Below the pieces are notes generated by a model that was not told the origin of the DNA, did not search any database, and saw only the letters and a list, made by a program, of their open reading frames with translations. A DNA stretch of 63,040 bases, counting the filler, from Anaerolineae bacterium (GTDB lineage: Bacteria > Chloroflexota > Anaerolineae > B4-G1 > DUEL01), in the NCBI GenBank assembly GCA_041082215.1. It is 5 parts of 5 records of this genome, joined end to end, with 100 filler letters (N's around TTAATTAATTAA, not from the genome) between each part and the next. Parts side by side here need not be neighbours in the genome. Positions count along the whole stretch, not along the records: positions 1 to 29,697 come from JBDOIF010000011.1; 4 more parts are not named here. One strand, written 5' to 3'. Both the position numbers and the translations under genes were made by a program. The stretch's first letter is position 1; each line of letters begins with the position of its first letter. Of the stretch, positions 12,978-21,903 are shown in pieces.

Positions 12978-14023
12978 TCCCCGGGATGCTCCTCTGTCAA
13001 CCCCCGCCCGACCAGGCTCATAAACACATCCTCCAGCGTGGGCTCCCGTTTCTCCAGTGAAAGAATGCGGGCGCCGGTGCGGCTGATGCGGTCCACCACC
13101 GGCGTCAGCACGTCATCCTCCTCCAGGATGAAATCCAGATGGACGTGGCCGTCGTGAAAGCGGGGGGTGAACTGACGCACTCCCTCGATGAGGTGGAAGC
13201 TGGGGGCCAGCTCCTGAGGGAAGGGGGAGACGCGGATGTGGTAGATGGCCTCGCGGCTGAGGGAACGCTTCAGGTGGGAAGGGGTATCGCAGGCCAGCAC
13301 CTGACCGTGGTCAATGATGGCCACCCGGTCGCACAGTTCGTCCGCCTCCACCATATAGTGGGTGGTGAGCAGTACCGTCCGCTCCGGCCGTTCCCGCAGC
13401 CAGTTGGCGATGAAGGAGCGGACCTGTCGGGCAGCCCCCACGTCCAGCCCCAGCGTCGGCTCGTCCAGAAAGATGATGCGGGGATCGGTGAGGAAACCCC
13501 GCACGACGTTCATCTTCTGCCGGAGGCCGGTGGAGAGGTCGGATATCTTGGTGTGGCGACGGTCTGCCAGCCCCACCATTTCCAGCAGTTCGTCCATCCG
13601 CTGGCGGGTGGTCCGCCGGTCCATGCCGTAGAACTGGGCGAACATCCACAGGTTCTCCTGGACGGTGAGCAGGCCGTAGCCTGACGTTTCCCCGCCGGAG
13701 ACCATGTTGATCCGGCGGCGGATTTCATCCACGTCCCGCTCCACGTCCAGCCCGTCCACCCAGGCCCGGCCGGAGGTGGGGGAGAGGAGGGTGGTGAGGA
13801 TTTTGATCAGCGTCGTCTTTCCGGCCCCGTTCGGCCCCAGGAGGCCGAACAGCTCTCCCTGCCGCACCTGCAGGTTCACCCGGTCCAGCGCGACCAGTTC
13901 CCCCCTCTTCTTCTGGCGACCCTTTCCCTCCCGAATCCTGTAAATACGGGTCAGGTTTTCCGTTCGAATCGCCAGCGGCTCCTCCATAACTCTCCGTGTC
14001 TCCGCGTCTCCCCGTCCCTCCAT
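12974..14023 (-). CDS. ABC exporter ATP-binding protein
   Basis: GPNGAGKTT, LSTG signature, FLDEPT, LTTH and PTLEDVF. Confidence 0.93.
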   Translation of the reverse strand: MEGRGDAETRRVMEEPLAIRTENLTRIYRIREGKGRQKKRGELVALDRVNLQVRQGELFGLLGPNGAGKTTLIKILTTLLSPTSGRAWVDGLDVERDVDEIRRRINMVSGGETSGYGLLTVQENLWMFAQFYGMDRRTTRQRMDELLEMVGLADRRHTKISDLSTGLRQKMNVVRGFLTDPRIIFLDEPTLGLDVGAARQVRSFIANWLRERPERTVLLTTHYMVEADELCDRVAIIDHGQVLACDTPSHLKRSLSREAIYHIRVSPFPQELAPSFHLIEGVRQFTPRFHDGHVHLDFILEEDDVLTPVVDRISRTGARILSLEKREPTLEDVFMSLVGRGLTEEHPGE

Positions 14024-15663
14024 TATCCCAGCAGCCGCTGTCGCATCAGCCGGGGCGGAAGGCTACCGCTGCTCAGGATGGCGTCGTGGACCTCCTTGAG
14101 GGAAGCGCCGGGGTTGGCCTTTCGATAGTCCTCTACCAGTTCCAGAATGGAGAGCTTCCCCATCAGGTAGGATTGGGGCTGGGTGGGGCTCTGGGTGTAG
14201 CGGCGGACCTCAGCCAGGGCGTTGGCCGGCTCCAGCTGACACTCCTTTACCAGGAAGTCCACCGCCTCCTCCACCGGCATCCCCCGGGTGTGGAGCGATA
14301 CATCCAGGATGATGCGGGCCGCCCGCCAGAGCTGGTCGGAGAGCCGGCCCAGTCGCTGGATCGGCTCGGCGATGTAGCCCAACTGCTCCATCATCTCCTC
14401 GCAGTAGAAGGCCCAGCCTTCGATAAAGAGGGTGGCGAGGAAGGAACCCATCCGCCGGGGGATGGTCTCCTGCCGGTTGGCCCAGACGAGCTGGAGGTGG
14501 TGGCCCGGATAGGCCTCGTGGAGGGCGGTGACGGGCAGCTTGGCCCGGTGGTGGCCCTTCAGTTTCTGCTCCTGTTCCTCAGGCGGCGCCTCGGGGTCCA
14601 CCGGCGTGACGATGAAAATGCCCTCCTGCTTTTCTTCCAGGATGCCGGGGGGCATGTAGGCGGCGTAGGGGATGATGGGGCGGAGGTAGGGAGGGGTCTC
14701 GATGATGCGAAGGCTCTCCCCCTCCGGGATGGTGGCGATGTCGTGTTCGATGACGTACTGGCGGGCAGCGGCCATCGCCTCCTCGTAGGCCGAAAGCAGC
14801 TCCTCCGCCGAGGGATGGTCCGCCTTGGCCTCTTCCAGGAGCTCCTGGACAGGCTTATTCGGGGCGATCTGCCGGGCCAGCGCCTCCATCTGGGCGCGGG
14901 TCTTGTGGAACTGCTCCCAGCCGATCTCCAGAAGCCGGTCGGCGTCGTAATCCACCATATGCTCTTCGCGGAGGATTTCGTCGAAGAGGGGCCTGCCGAC
15001 GGCGAAGTCGCCTGCAGCCCGGGGGAGGACCTCTTCTTTCAGGAAGGCGGCGTACTCCTGGACCGCCGCGGCGGCGGCCTGGCCTGCCTCTGTCAGTTCC
15101 TGTTGCAGCTCCGGCGCGGCCTGGGCGGCCAGGGCGGGCAGTAGGCCGAGGAAGAGGGCCGGGGCCTGCTGGGCCTGCTCCAGTGTGATCTCCGCCCAGA
15201 CCTTTGGCACCCGTTCGGGAACGATGTTGGCCTGTCCGTCCTTCAGCACCCGGGGGGTCTCCCGCACCCGTCCGAGGGCAGAGCGGAGCCGTTCGGGCAG
15301 GGGGGCAAACTCGCGGATGATGAGAGAAAAGACGCCGCCCAGCGGTTCGTCCAGATAGGTGCCGGGGTTGCGGAGGTGGGGCTGGACCTTTTCGTAGTTC
15401 CGGATAAAGGAACCGAAGATCTGGACGACCAGGGTATGGTCTATCCGGGCGTCCAGGCGGAAGCCAGAGCTGTCCATTCCCCGGAACTCCTCCAGGGCAG
15501 CATGGATCTCCCGGCTCTGTTCCTCCATCGCCTCCAGGCTGGTGTCGGAGAGCCGGTCGTCCCACCGGTGGTCGCCCAACTGGGTTGCCGCCACCGGGCT
15601 TAGCTCAAGAAGCCGCTCCAGCCACTGCTCGGACCGGCGGTAGAAAAGGGCTTCATCAGTCAT
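14023..15663 (-). CDS. DUF885 family zinc-peptidase-like protein
   Basis: HEAYPGHH, FIEGWAFYCE and EVRRY motifs; ATG 15663 after AAAGGAG. Confidence 0.88.
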   Translation of the reverse strand: MTDEALFYRRSEQWLERLLELSPVAATQLGDHRWDDRLSDTSLEAMEEQSREIHAALEEFRGMDSSGFRLDARIDHTLVVQIFGSFIRNYEKVQPHLRNPGTYLDEPLGGVFSLIIREFAPLPERLRSALGRVRETPRVLKDGQANIVPERVPKVWAEITLEQAQQAPALFLGLLPALAAQAAPELQQELTEAGQAAAAAVQEYAAFLKEEVLPRAAGDFAVGRPLFDEILREEHMVDYDADRLLEIGWEQFHKTRAQMEALARQIAPNKPVQELLEEAKADHPSAEELLSAYEEAMAAARQYVIEHDIATIPEGESLRIIETPPYLRPIIPYAAYMPPGILEEKQEGIFIVTPVDPEAPPEEQEQKLKGHHRAKLPVTALHEAYPGHHLQLVWANRQETIPRRMGSFLATLFIEGWAFYCEEMMEQLGYIAEPIQRLGRLSDQLWRAARIILDVSLHTRGMPVEEAVDFLVKECQLEPANALAEVRRYTQSPTQPQSYLMGKLSILELVEDYRKANPGASLKEVHDAILSSGSLPPRLMRQRLLG

Positions 15664-15720
15664 GTTATGCTCCTTTACTTGGCTCACTGGTCATTGACCA
15701 CTAGTCACTGGGTGATTGGG

Positions 15721-16572
15721 TTATTGGGTGACCTGGATGACGAGCTGCCATCCTCCCGGTCGTTCCCCGTCGGGGCAGGGCTGGGCCTGAAGGCCGGAGA
15801 GGACGGGGGCATCAGGCACATCCACGCTGAGGGCGTAAGGGGTGTCGGGCTGGAGCGTGAAGTCGGCGTAGCCGGGGTCAATTTCGGGCCGCAGGCCGGT
15901 GACCGCCCGGTCCGCCCCGCCGGGCCAGGTGAGCCAGAGGGCCACACCTGGCAACGGGGTCGGTTCTGCCTCCTTTTCCTCCTCATCTACCTGCTCTGGG
16001 ACAGCCTGGACCCATACCTGGAGGATCGGCACCGTCCCGGTGCAGAGCTGCGTCTGGCTGATCACACGGTAGAGGGAGGGGATGGGAAGGGGAGAGAGGA
16101 AGGGGGTGGGGGTAGCCGTCGGTGTGGGAAGGAAGATGCGGGTGGGGGAAGGGGAGGAGGCAGGGAAGAAGGAGGGGGTTGGAAGGATAGTCGGGGCAGG
16201 CGTAAGCTCAGCCAGGTAGACTGCCATTGCCGGGGTCCGCACGCCCAGTCGGTCGGCCAGGCGGCTCAGGGGGCGGAGGAGGCTGGCAGGCTTTCCCTGG
16301 ATGGCGTATGCCTCGATCTGGGCGGCCAGCGCGGCCTGCACATCCGGTGCAGGGACCGCTCCCAGTCGGACCAGGGCCCGGTCCATATCCCCGTCGGCGA
16401 CATACCCCAGGGCGGCCAGTCGCACCCATTCGTGGCGGTAGTCCTCCCGCAGGAGGGCGGGGGTGGTGTTATAGAGCTTGACTGGCTCGATCAGCCAGGC
16501 ATAGGCCAGGCCGAGGACCAGCCCGACGACGGCGCCGACTGTCAGCGCCAGGAACCGCGCCTGGTGGTTCAT
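15721..16572 (-). CDS. Membrane-anchored hypothetical protein (paralog of 16569-16934, with PT linker and C-terminal beta domain)
   Basis: N-terminal TM; PVKLYNTTPALLREDYR motif shared with the upstream gene. Confidence 0.7.
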   Translation of the reverse strand: MNHQARFLALTVGAVVGLVLGLAYAWLIEPVKLYNTTPALLREDYRHEWVRLAALGYVADGDMDRALVRLGAVPAPDVQAALAAQIEAYAIQGKPASLLRPLSRLADRLGVRTPAMAVYLAELTPAPTILPTPSFFPASSPSPTRIFLPTPTATPTPFLSPLPIPSLYRVISQTQLCTGTVPILQVWVQAVPEQVDEEEKEAEPTPLPGVALWLTWPGGADRAVTGLRPEIDPGYADFTLQPDTPYALSVDVPDAPVLSGLQAQPCPDGERPGGWQLVIQVTQ

Positions 16573-16934
16573 TCGCCCTCCAGGTAGGGAATCATCGGGG
16601 CGGTGATTGCTCCCAGGCCGTCAGCCAGATGGACCAGCATCTGGATGTCTGTGGGACGGCCCCCTTCGGCGATCAGCCGCTCCGCCAGTTCCACCGCTGG
16701 CCGGGCTGGATCGTCGGGATCCAGCAGGGCCAGCCGTGCCCGGGCCGCCTCCAGGTCCCCTTCCACCCGGTAGGCAGCAGCGACCATCAGGATGAAGTCG
16801 TCCCGGTAGTCCTGGCGGAGCTGGGAGGGGGCGGTGTTGGTATACTGGACCGGCCAGAGGACCCAGCCGGTGAGGAGCCCGAGGGCCAGCCCGAGGGCCA
16901 ACCCAACCGATGCCAGCAGCGCGATCCTGCGCAT
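16569..16934 (-). CDS. Membrane-anchored hypothetical protein
   Basis: ATG 16934 after GAGGGG; TM then PVQYTNTAPSQLRQDYR; 4-bp overlap with the next gene. Confidence 0.72.
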   Translation of the reverse strand: MRRIALLASVGLALGLALGLLTGWVLWPVQYTNTAPSQLRQDYRDDFILMVAAAYRVEGDLEAARARLALLDPDDPARPAVELAERLIAEGGRPTDIQMLVHLADGLGAITAPMIPYLEGE

Positions 16935-17000
16935 TTTCCCCTCTACAGAACAACGGGGCCGCGAAAGCGGGCCCCCTTGTGCCTGGCGGCTGTGCCCAGG

Positions 17001-17084
17001 TGCCGGAGGTGGGATTCGAACCCACACGTCCCTTCGGACAACGCATTTTGAGTGCGCCGCGTCTGCCTGCTCCGCCACTCCGGC
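17001..17084 (-). tRNA. tRNA-Leu(CAA)
   Basis: GCCGGAG acceptor, CT-CAA-AA loop, long variable arm, GGTTCGAATCC. Confidence 0.96.
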
Positions 17085-17211
17085 AAACGAGACCATCTGT
17101 CTATGCTGACAGTATACCTTGAAAGGGTCGGGCTGTCAAACCTGACGCTCCTCCTTGACAAGCCAACCCTTCAGGGTACAATGATATAAAAGGGGGTCGG
17201 GGAACTGGGGT

Positions 17212-18138
17212 ATGGAGTACAAAGATTATTACCGCATTCTCGGCGTCGAGCGTGGCGCGACCCAGGAAGAGATCAAGCGGGCCTACCGCAGGTTGGCCCG
17301 CCAGTTTCATCCCGACGTCAATCCCGGCGACAAGACGGCCGAGGATCGCTTCAAAGAGATCAACGAGGCCTATGAGGTCCTTTCGGACCCCGAAAAGCGA
17401 CGCCAGTACGATCAACTGGGGGCGAGCTGGAGCCAGTGGCAGCGGATGCGAGGGGCGACTGGAGGGTTTGACGACTTCGCCCGCCAGTGGTTTGGCCAGG
17501 CCGGCCCCCAGGTCCAATATGTGAACCTGGACGACCTCTTCGGCCAGGGAAGCCTGGGAGACCTGCTCGACGCGCTTTTCGGGTTCGGCGCAGCCCGGGG
17601 ACGCACCTCCTGGCAGCGCTCCCGGCGTGGGCAGGACCTGGAGGCTCCGGTGGAGTTGACGCTGGAGGAGGCGTTCCAGGGCGCGGTCCGGCGGGTGGAG
17701 CGGGGGGATGGCCGTATCGTTACGGCTCGCATCCCCCCCGGCGCCCGTACCGGCTCCCGCATCCGGCTGGCCGGCCAGGGCCGACCGGGAGCGGGCGGCG
17801 GCCCCCCAGGCGACCTTTACCTCAAGGTCACGGTGAAGCCCCATCCGGTCTTCCGTCGTGAGGGGGAGGACCTGTGGCGCGACCTGGATGTGGACCTCTA
17901 CACGGCGGTCCTCGGCGGCGAGGTGACGGTGGAGACCCTGAACGGGGATGTGAAGCTCAAGATTCCCCCAGGGACCAGCGGGGGGAAAACGTTCCGCCTG
18001 CGCGGAAAAGGGATGCCCGACCCCGCGAATCCTCAACGCCGTGGCGACCTGTATGTGGTGGTCCAGGTAAAGGTCCCCTCCCATCTCACCGCCCGGGAGC
18101 GGGCGCTGTTCGAAGAGCTGGCCCGGATGCGAAAGTAG
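17212..18138 (+). CDS. DnaJ class B / CbpA-like co-chaperone
   Basis: KDYYRILGV and HPD J-domain; DnaJ C-terminal domain without zinc finger. Confidence 0.93.
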   Translation: MEYKDYYRILGVERGATQEEIKRAYRRLARQFHPDVNPGDKTAEDRFKEINEAYEVLSDPEKRRQYDQLGASWSQWQRMRGATGGFDDFARQWFGQAGPQVQYVNLDDLFGQGSLGDLLDALFGFGAARGRTSWQRSRRGQDLEAPVELTLEEAFQGAVRRVERGDGRIVTARIPPGARTGSRIRLAGQGRPGAGGGPPGDLYLKVTVKPHPVFRREGEDLWRDLDVDLYTAVLGGEVTVETLNGDVKLKIPPGTSGGKTFRLRGKGMPDPANPQRRGDLYVVVQVKVPSHLTARERALFEELARMRK

Positions 18139-18201
18139 ATACTCGACGACTTTTTGGTTGACGGAGCGCCAGGGCTGGCCCATTCTGGAGGTGGAGTAGC
18201 T

Positions 18202-19374
18202 GTGAACCGTCTTCTGTTAGCAGGGGCGCTTTTGATCGGCATGGTTGCCTGCTCCTTTATCTCCTTGCCCACCGAGCCGGTCCCGGATGAGCTGACACCT
18301 CTCCCTTCTCTTTCCTCCCCGCCCGTCGTGGTGGCTACGCCCACCCCTCTGCCGGAGTCCTTCATCGCCGGGGCCACTGCTGAGGAACGCCTGCTCATCA
18401 ACCTCTACGAGCGGGTCAACCCCGGCGTGGTCAACATTGACGTGGCTGCAGGTATCGGCGAGGAGGCCAGCCCCTTCGGCAGCGGGTCCGGCTTTCTGAT
18501 CGACACGGAGGGCCACATCGTCACCAACAACCATGTGATCGAGCAGGCGGATACGATCTGGGTCACTTTCAGCGACGGCAGCCTCCGCTCGGCTGAGGTG
18601 CTGGGGTCCGATCCGGACTCCGATCTGGCGGTCCTGCTGGTGCAGGACCTGCCGCCGGGGGCAGTGCCGCTGGAGCTGGGGGATTCGGATACCCTCCGGG
18701 TGGGGCAGATGGTGGTCGCCATCGGCAACCCATTCGGCCTGGAGGGGACGATGACGCTGGGGATCGTCAGCGGGCTGGGCAGGCTTTTGCCCGCCCGCAT
18801 CACCGCCAGCGGCGGCTATTTCCGCAACCCGCAGATCATCCAGACCGACGCCCCCATCAACCCCGGCAACTCCGGCGGGCCGCTTCTGGACCTGCAGGGG
18901 CGGGTCGTCGGGGTCAACACCGCCATCCGCAGCACCGCGGGCGTCAATTCGGGGGTTGGTTTCGCCGTCCCGGTCAACACCGTCAAGCGGATCGTCCCCC
19001 ATCTGATCGAGGAGGGGAGATACCGGTACCCCTACCTGGGCATCACCGCCGACGGCCGGTTCGACCTCGCTCAACTGGCCCTCTTCCTGAACCTGCCGAC
19101 CACCCGGGGGGTGCTGGTATCGGAGGTGGAGCCGGGCGGGCCGGCGGCGCGGGCCGGTATCCTCGGTGGGGACCGGGAGGTGACGGTGATGGGCGCCACC
19201 GTCCGCGTCGGCGGTGACATCATCGTCGCCATTGACGACTACGCGGTGAAGGATTTTTCGGACCTGATCTCCTATCTGGTGCTCAAAACCGAGGTCGGGC
19301 AGGTGGTGACGCTGACCGTGTTGCGGGATGGAGAGACGCTGCCGATCCAGGTAAGGTTGGGGGAGCGTCCGTAA
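18202..19374 (+). CDS. HtrA/DegP-family serine protease lipoprotein with PDZ
   Basis: TNNHV, DLAVL and GNSGGPL triad motifs; lipobox MVAC; C-terminal PDZ. Confidence 0.93.
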   Translation: MNRLLLAGALLIGMVACSFISLPTEPVPDELTPLPSLSSPPVVVATPTPLPESFIAGATAEERLLINLYERVNPGVVNIDVAAGIGEEASPFGSGSGFLIDTEGHIVTNNHVIEQADTIWVTFSDGSLRSAEVLGSDPDSDLAVLLVQDLPPGAVPLELGDSDTLRVGQMVVAIGNPFGLEGTMTLGIVSGLGRLLPARITASGGYFRNPQIIQTDAPINPGNSGGPLLDLQGRVVGVNTAIRSTAGVNSGVGFAVPVNTVKRIVPHLIEEGRYRYPYLGITADGRFDLAQLALFLNLPTTRGVLVSEVEPGGPAARAGILGGDREVTVMGATVRVGGDIIVAIDDYAVKDFSDLISYLVLKTEVGQVVTLTVLRDGETLPIQVRLGERP

Positions 19375-19407
19375 CAGGCTGCACTCGCTGTCAGGAAAGG
19401 ATGGAAA

Positions 19408-20517
19408 ATGATTGACGAAAAGGAGCTGCGCAGGCTGGCGAAATTCCAGAGCGAAACACCCATCCTGAGCGTGTACCTGAACGTGGATCCGACTGAACAC
19501 ACCAGCGAGGAGTATCTGCTTTCTCTGCGGCACATGCTGGAGGCTGTGGAAGGACAGGCAGACACAGCGGACATCGCGGCGGTCCAGCGGTACTTCGAGC
19601 ACGAATACGACTGGTCGGGGCGGGGGGTGGTCGTCTTTTCCTGCGCAGACGCCGATTTCTGGCGTGCCTATTCTCTGGCTGTCCCCGTTGCCTCGGGCGT
19701 CACCGTTGCCCGACGGCCCTATCTTTCCCCCCTGGCCGCGTTGATGGACGCTTATGGGCGATACGTCGTGGCCCTGGTGGACCGACGGGGGGTTCAGTTG
19801 TTCCTCTTCCAGCTTGGAGAGCTGACCCGCGAGGAGAGCTTTGAGGGGGAGGAGGTACGGCGGCTCAAGAGGGGACGGGGATCGTCGGGGGGGCCAGGGC
19901 GACGGGGTGGTGCGCCGATCTCCAGTCGCCACGAAGAGGAGACGGCTATGCGGAATCTGCGGGGCGCGGCCAAAGCAACCCATCACTTTTGCCGCCGCCA
20001 TAAACCCCAGCGGCTGATCCTGGCCGGGGCGGAGCCTACTGTCGCTCAGTTCCGCGATCTGCTTCCCAGGGAGCTGCAGGATCAGGTGATCGGCACGATG
20101 GGGGTGGATCCGGGGGCGGGTGAACCGGATATCCGGGAGCAGTCGCTGGAGATCCTGAGGCGGGTTGAGGAGGAGCGGAAGGCGGCGCTGGTGGAGGCGG
20201 TCTTTACGGCTGCCGCCAAAGGACGGGAGGGGGTCGTGGGGCTGGATGGGACCCTCAGCGCTGCCCACGAGGGCCGCATCCGCACGCTGGTCATAGACCG
20301 GGACTACCACGCCCCCGGTTACCGGTGTGACCACTGCGGCTTCCTGACAACCCAGACGCTGGCCCGCTGTCCCTTCTGTGGGGGAAACTTTGTGGAGATC
20401 CCTGACGCGGCGGAGGCAGTGGTCACCAAAGTGATCGAAGAAGGGGGAGAGATCGAGGTAGTGGACGGGCACCCTCAGCTCCGTTCGGCCGGGATCGGGG
20501 CGCTGTTGCGGTACTGA
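19408..20517 (+). CDS. Bacterial eRF1/aRF1-like (baeRF) protein with C-terminal zinc ribbon
   Basis: ILSVYLNVDP N-terminus; LILAG domain 2; VVGLDGTL domain 3; CDHC..CPFC; GIGALLRY C-terminus. Confidence 0.82.
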   Translation: MIDEKELRRLAKFQSETPILSVYLNVDPTEHTSEEYLLSLRHMLEAVEGQADTADIAAVQRYFEHEYDWSGRGVVVFSCADADFWRAYSLAVPVASGVTVARRPYLSPLAALMDAYGRYVVALVDRRGVQLFLFQLGELTREESFEGEEVRRLKRGRGSSGGPGRRGGAPISSRHEEETAMRNLRGAAKATHHFCRRHKPQRLILAGAEPTVAQFRDLLPRELQDQVIGTMGVDPGAGEPDIREQSLEILRRVEEERKAALVEAVFTAAAKGREGVVGLDGTLSAAHEGRIRTLVIDRDYHAPGYRCDHCGFLTTQTLARCPFCGGNFVEIPDAAEAVVTKVIEEGGEIEVVDGHPQLRSAGIGALLRY

Positions 20518-20528
20518 GTGGAGAGGAC

Positions 20529-20604
20529 TGGTGGCCCATAGGGGATTCGGACCCCTGTTTCCGGCTTGAGAGGCCGGCGTCCTAGTCCACTAGACGAATG
20601 GGCC
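20529..20604 (-). tRNA. tRNA-Glu(CTC)
   Basis: GGCCCAT acceptor, CT-CTC-AA loop, CCA encoded; T-loop reads TCCGAAT. Confidence 0.92.
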
Positions 20605-20655
20605 TGGACAAGCGGCATTCTACCAGGGAAGGAGAGTTTTGTCAACCGGGAGGAA

Positions 20656-20809
20656 TGGGGTTCGGACAGGAGTTCGGACAGGGTAGGAGAGCAACCCTCA
20701 CCCCTCCCTCTACTCCCTCCCCTCTCCTGCTGCGCGGGAGAGGGGAGGGGGCCAGGGGGTGGGGTGAGGGCCGATGAGCACCTGTGTCCGAACTCACGTC
20801 TGAACTTCA
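20656..20809. mobile_element. 154-bp TIR element (family C) with internal REP-like hairpin
   Basis: TG...CA ends with ~25-bp imperfect inverted repeats (GTTCGGAC occurs twice per end, once degenerate); flanked by direct repeat GGGAGGAA (20648-20655, 20810-20817). Confidence 0.7.
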
Positions 20810-20824
20810 GGGAGGAATGAAAGA

Positions 20825-21691
20825 ATGCCGCGGCAGATGAGCGACCATGCCCGGCCACGCCAGGGCGGACAGGCGCCCCGCCGGAAGGGAGGGCTGCCTG
20901 CCCCGGACCGGCGCACAGAATGGGGCTACGATCGGGGGGTGGAGCGCACCGGATCCGTCCCGTTCCGGCTGCTGGCTGCTGTGGTCCTCCTGACGGCCGC
21001 CCTCTCTCTGGTCCACGGGCTGGGGGGCGGCTCCCTGCCAGCTCCAGGTGGTCACCCTGCTCCCTTCTCCACCTCCGTCCGGCTCGCCGGCCCGGCCTCC
21101 GTCGCTACCGGGCCTGCCGTTTCTCTATCCCCCTCTCCCCCAGAGACGCCCCTCTCGTCCCTCCCCATTGGCATCGTCGCCGGCCACTGGGGGAACGATT
21201 CGGGGGCGGTCTGCGAGGGCTGGCTGCGGGAGGTGGACATCAATCTCTCTATAGCCCAGCGGGTGGTCTATACCCTTCAGGCGATGGGGTACCCCACTGA
21301 CCTGCTGGAGGAGTTCGACCCCCGGCTGGAGGGATACCGTGCCCGTGCCCTCGTCTCTATCCACGCCGACTCCTGTCTCTATCCCGAGGCCTCTGGCTTC
21401 AAGGTGGCGAGGGTGGAGGACAGTGCCGTGCCAGGGGTGGATGACCGCCTGGTGAACTGCCTGATCGAACGGTATCAGGCCCGGACGGGTCTGGCTTTTC
21501 ACGAAGGGAGTATCACGCCGGATATGACGCGATACCACACTTTCTACGAGGTCGCCCCCTCCACCCCAGGGGCGATCATCGAGGTCGGATTTATGCTGAC
21601 CGATCGGGACCTCCTCCTTCACCGACAGGACCTGATCGCCCAGGGGATTGTGGAAGGGATCCTGTGCTTCATTCAGGAAGAGGTCCCATAA
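20825..21691 (+). CDS. N-acetylmuramoyl-L-alanine amidase (Amidase_3); start uncertain
   Basis: AGHWG, E..INL, VSIHAD and IIEVGFM zinc motifs; TM anchor. Confidence 0.85.
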   Translation: MPRQMSDHARPRQGGQAPRRKGGLPAPDRRTEWGYDRGVERTGSVPFRLLAAVVLLTAALSLVHGLGGGSLPAPGGHPAPFSTSVRLAGPASVATGPAVSLSPSPPETPLSSLPIGIVAGHWGNDSGAVCEGWLREVDINLSIAQRVVYTLQAMGYPTDLLEEFDPRLEGYRARALVSIHADSCLYPEASGFKVARVEDSAVPGVDDRLVNCLIERYQARTGLAFHEGSITPDMTRYHTFYEVAPSTPGAIIEVGFMLTDRDLLLHRQDLIAQGIVEGILCFIQEEVP

Positions 21692-21695
21692 GGAG

Positions 21696-21888
21696 GGGCG
21701 TATTTCAATTTCGGGGCGATTGGTTCTCTCGCTCGCCGGTGGATCGCGAATCCCACGAATGGCCCGAATACGCCGAATTAGGAGGGATACCTGCTCCATT
21801 TGCAGTATTCGTTTCCATTCGCGCCATTCGTGTTTCCCCAGGTCCGGCCCGGGCCAGGGGCATCTCGCCCCCAAACTGAAATACACCT
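21696..21888 (+). mobile_element. MITE family B copy 1 (193 bp)
   Basis: ~24-bp TIRs GGGCGTATTTCAATTTCGGGGCGA / TCGCCCCCAAACTGAAATACACCT; perfect 9-bp TSD CATAAGGAG. Confidence 0.92.
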
Positions 21889-21903
21889 CATAAGGAGGAC
21901 AAA

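Noticed and set aside
16935..17096. N-terminal extension of ORF 16569-17096
   Set aside because: Overlaps tRNA-Leu; the start is better placed at 16934.
18217..20472. Long antisense ORFs (also 38094-40256, 41954-43552, 47699-49267)
   Set aside because: Shadows of GC-rich coding strands with no recognisable motifs.
21746..21832. CGAAT/ATTCG periodic repeats as a CRISPR array
   Set aside because: Units are too short, there are no unique spacers or cas genes, and they sit inside a TIR element.
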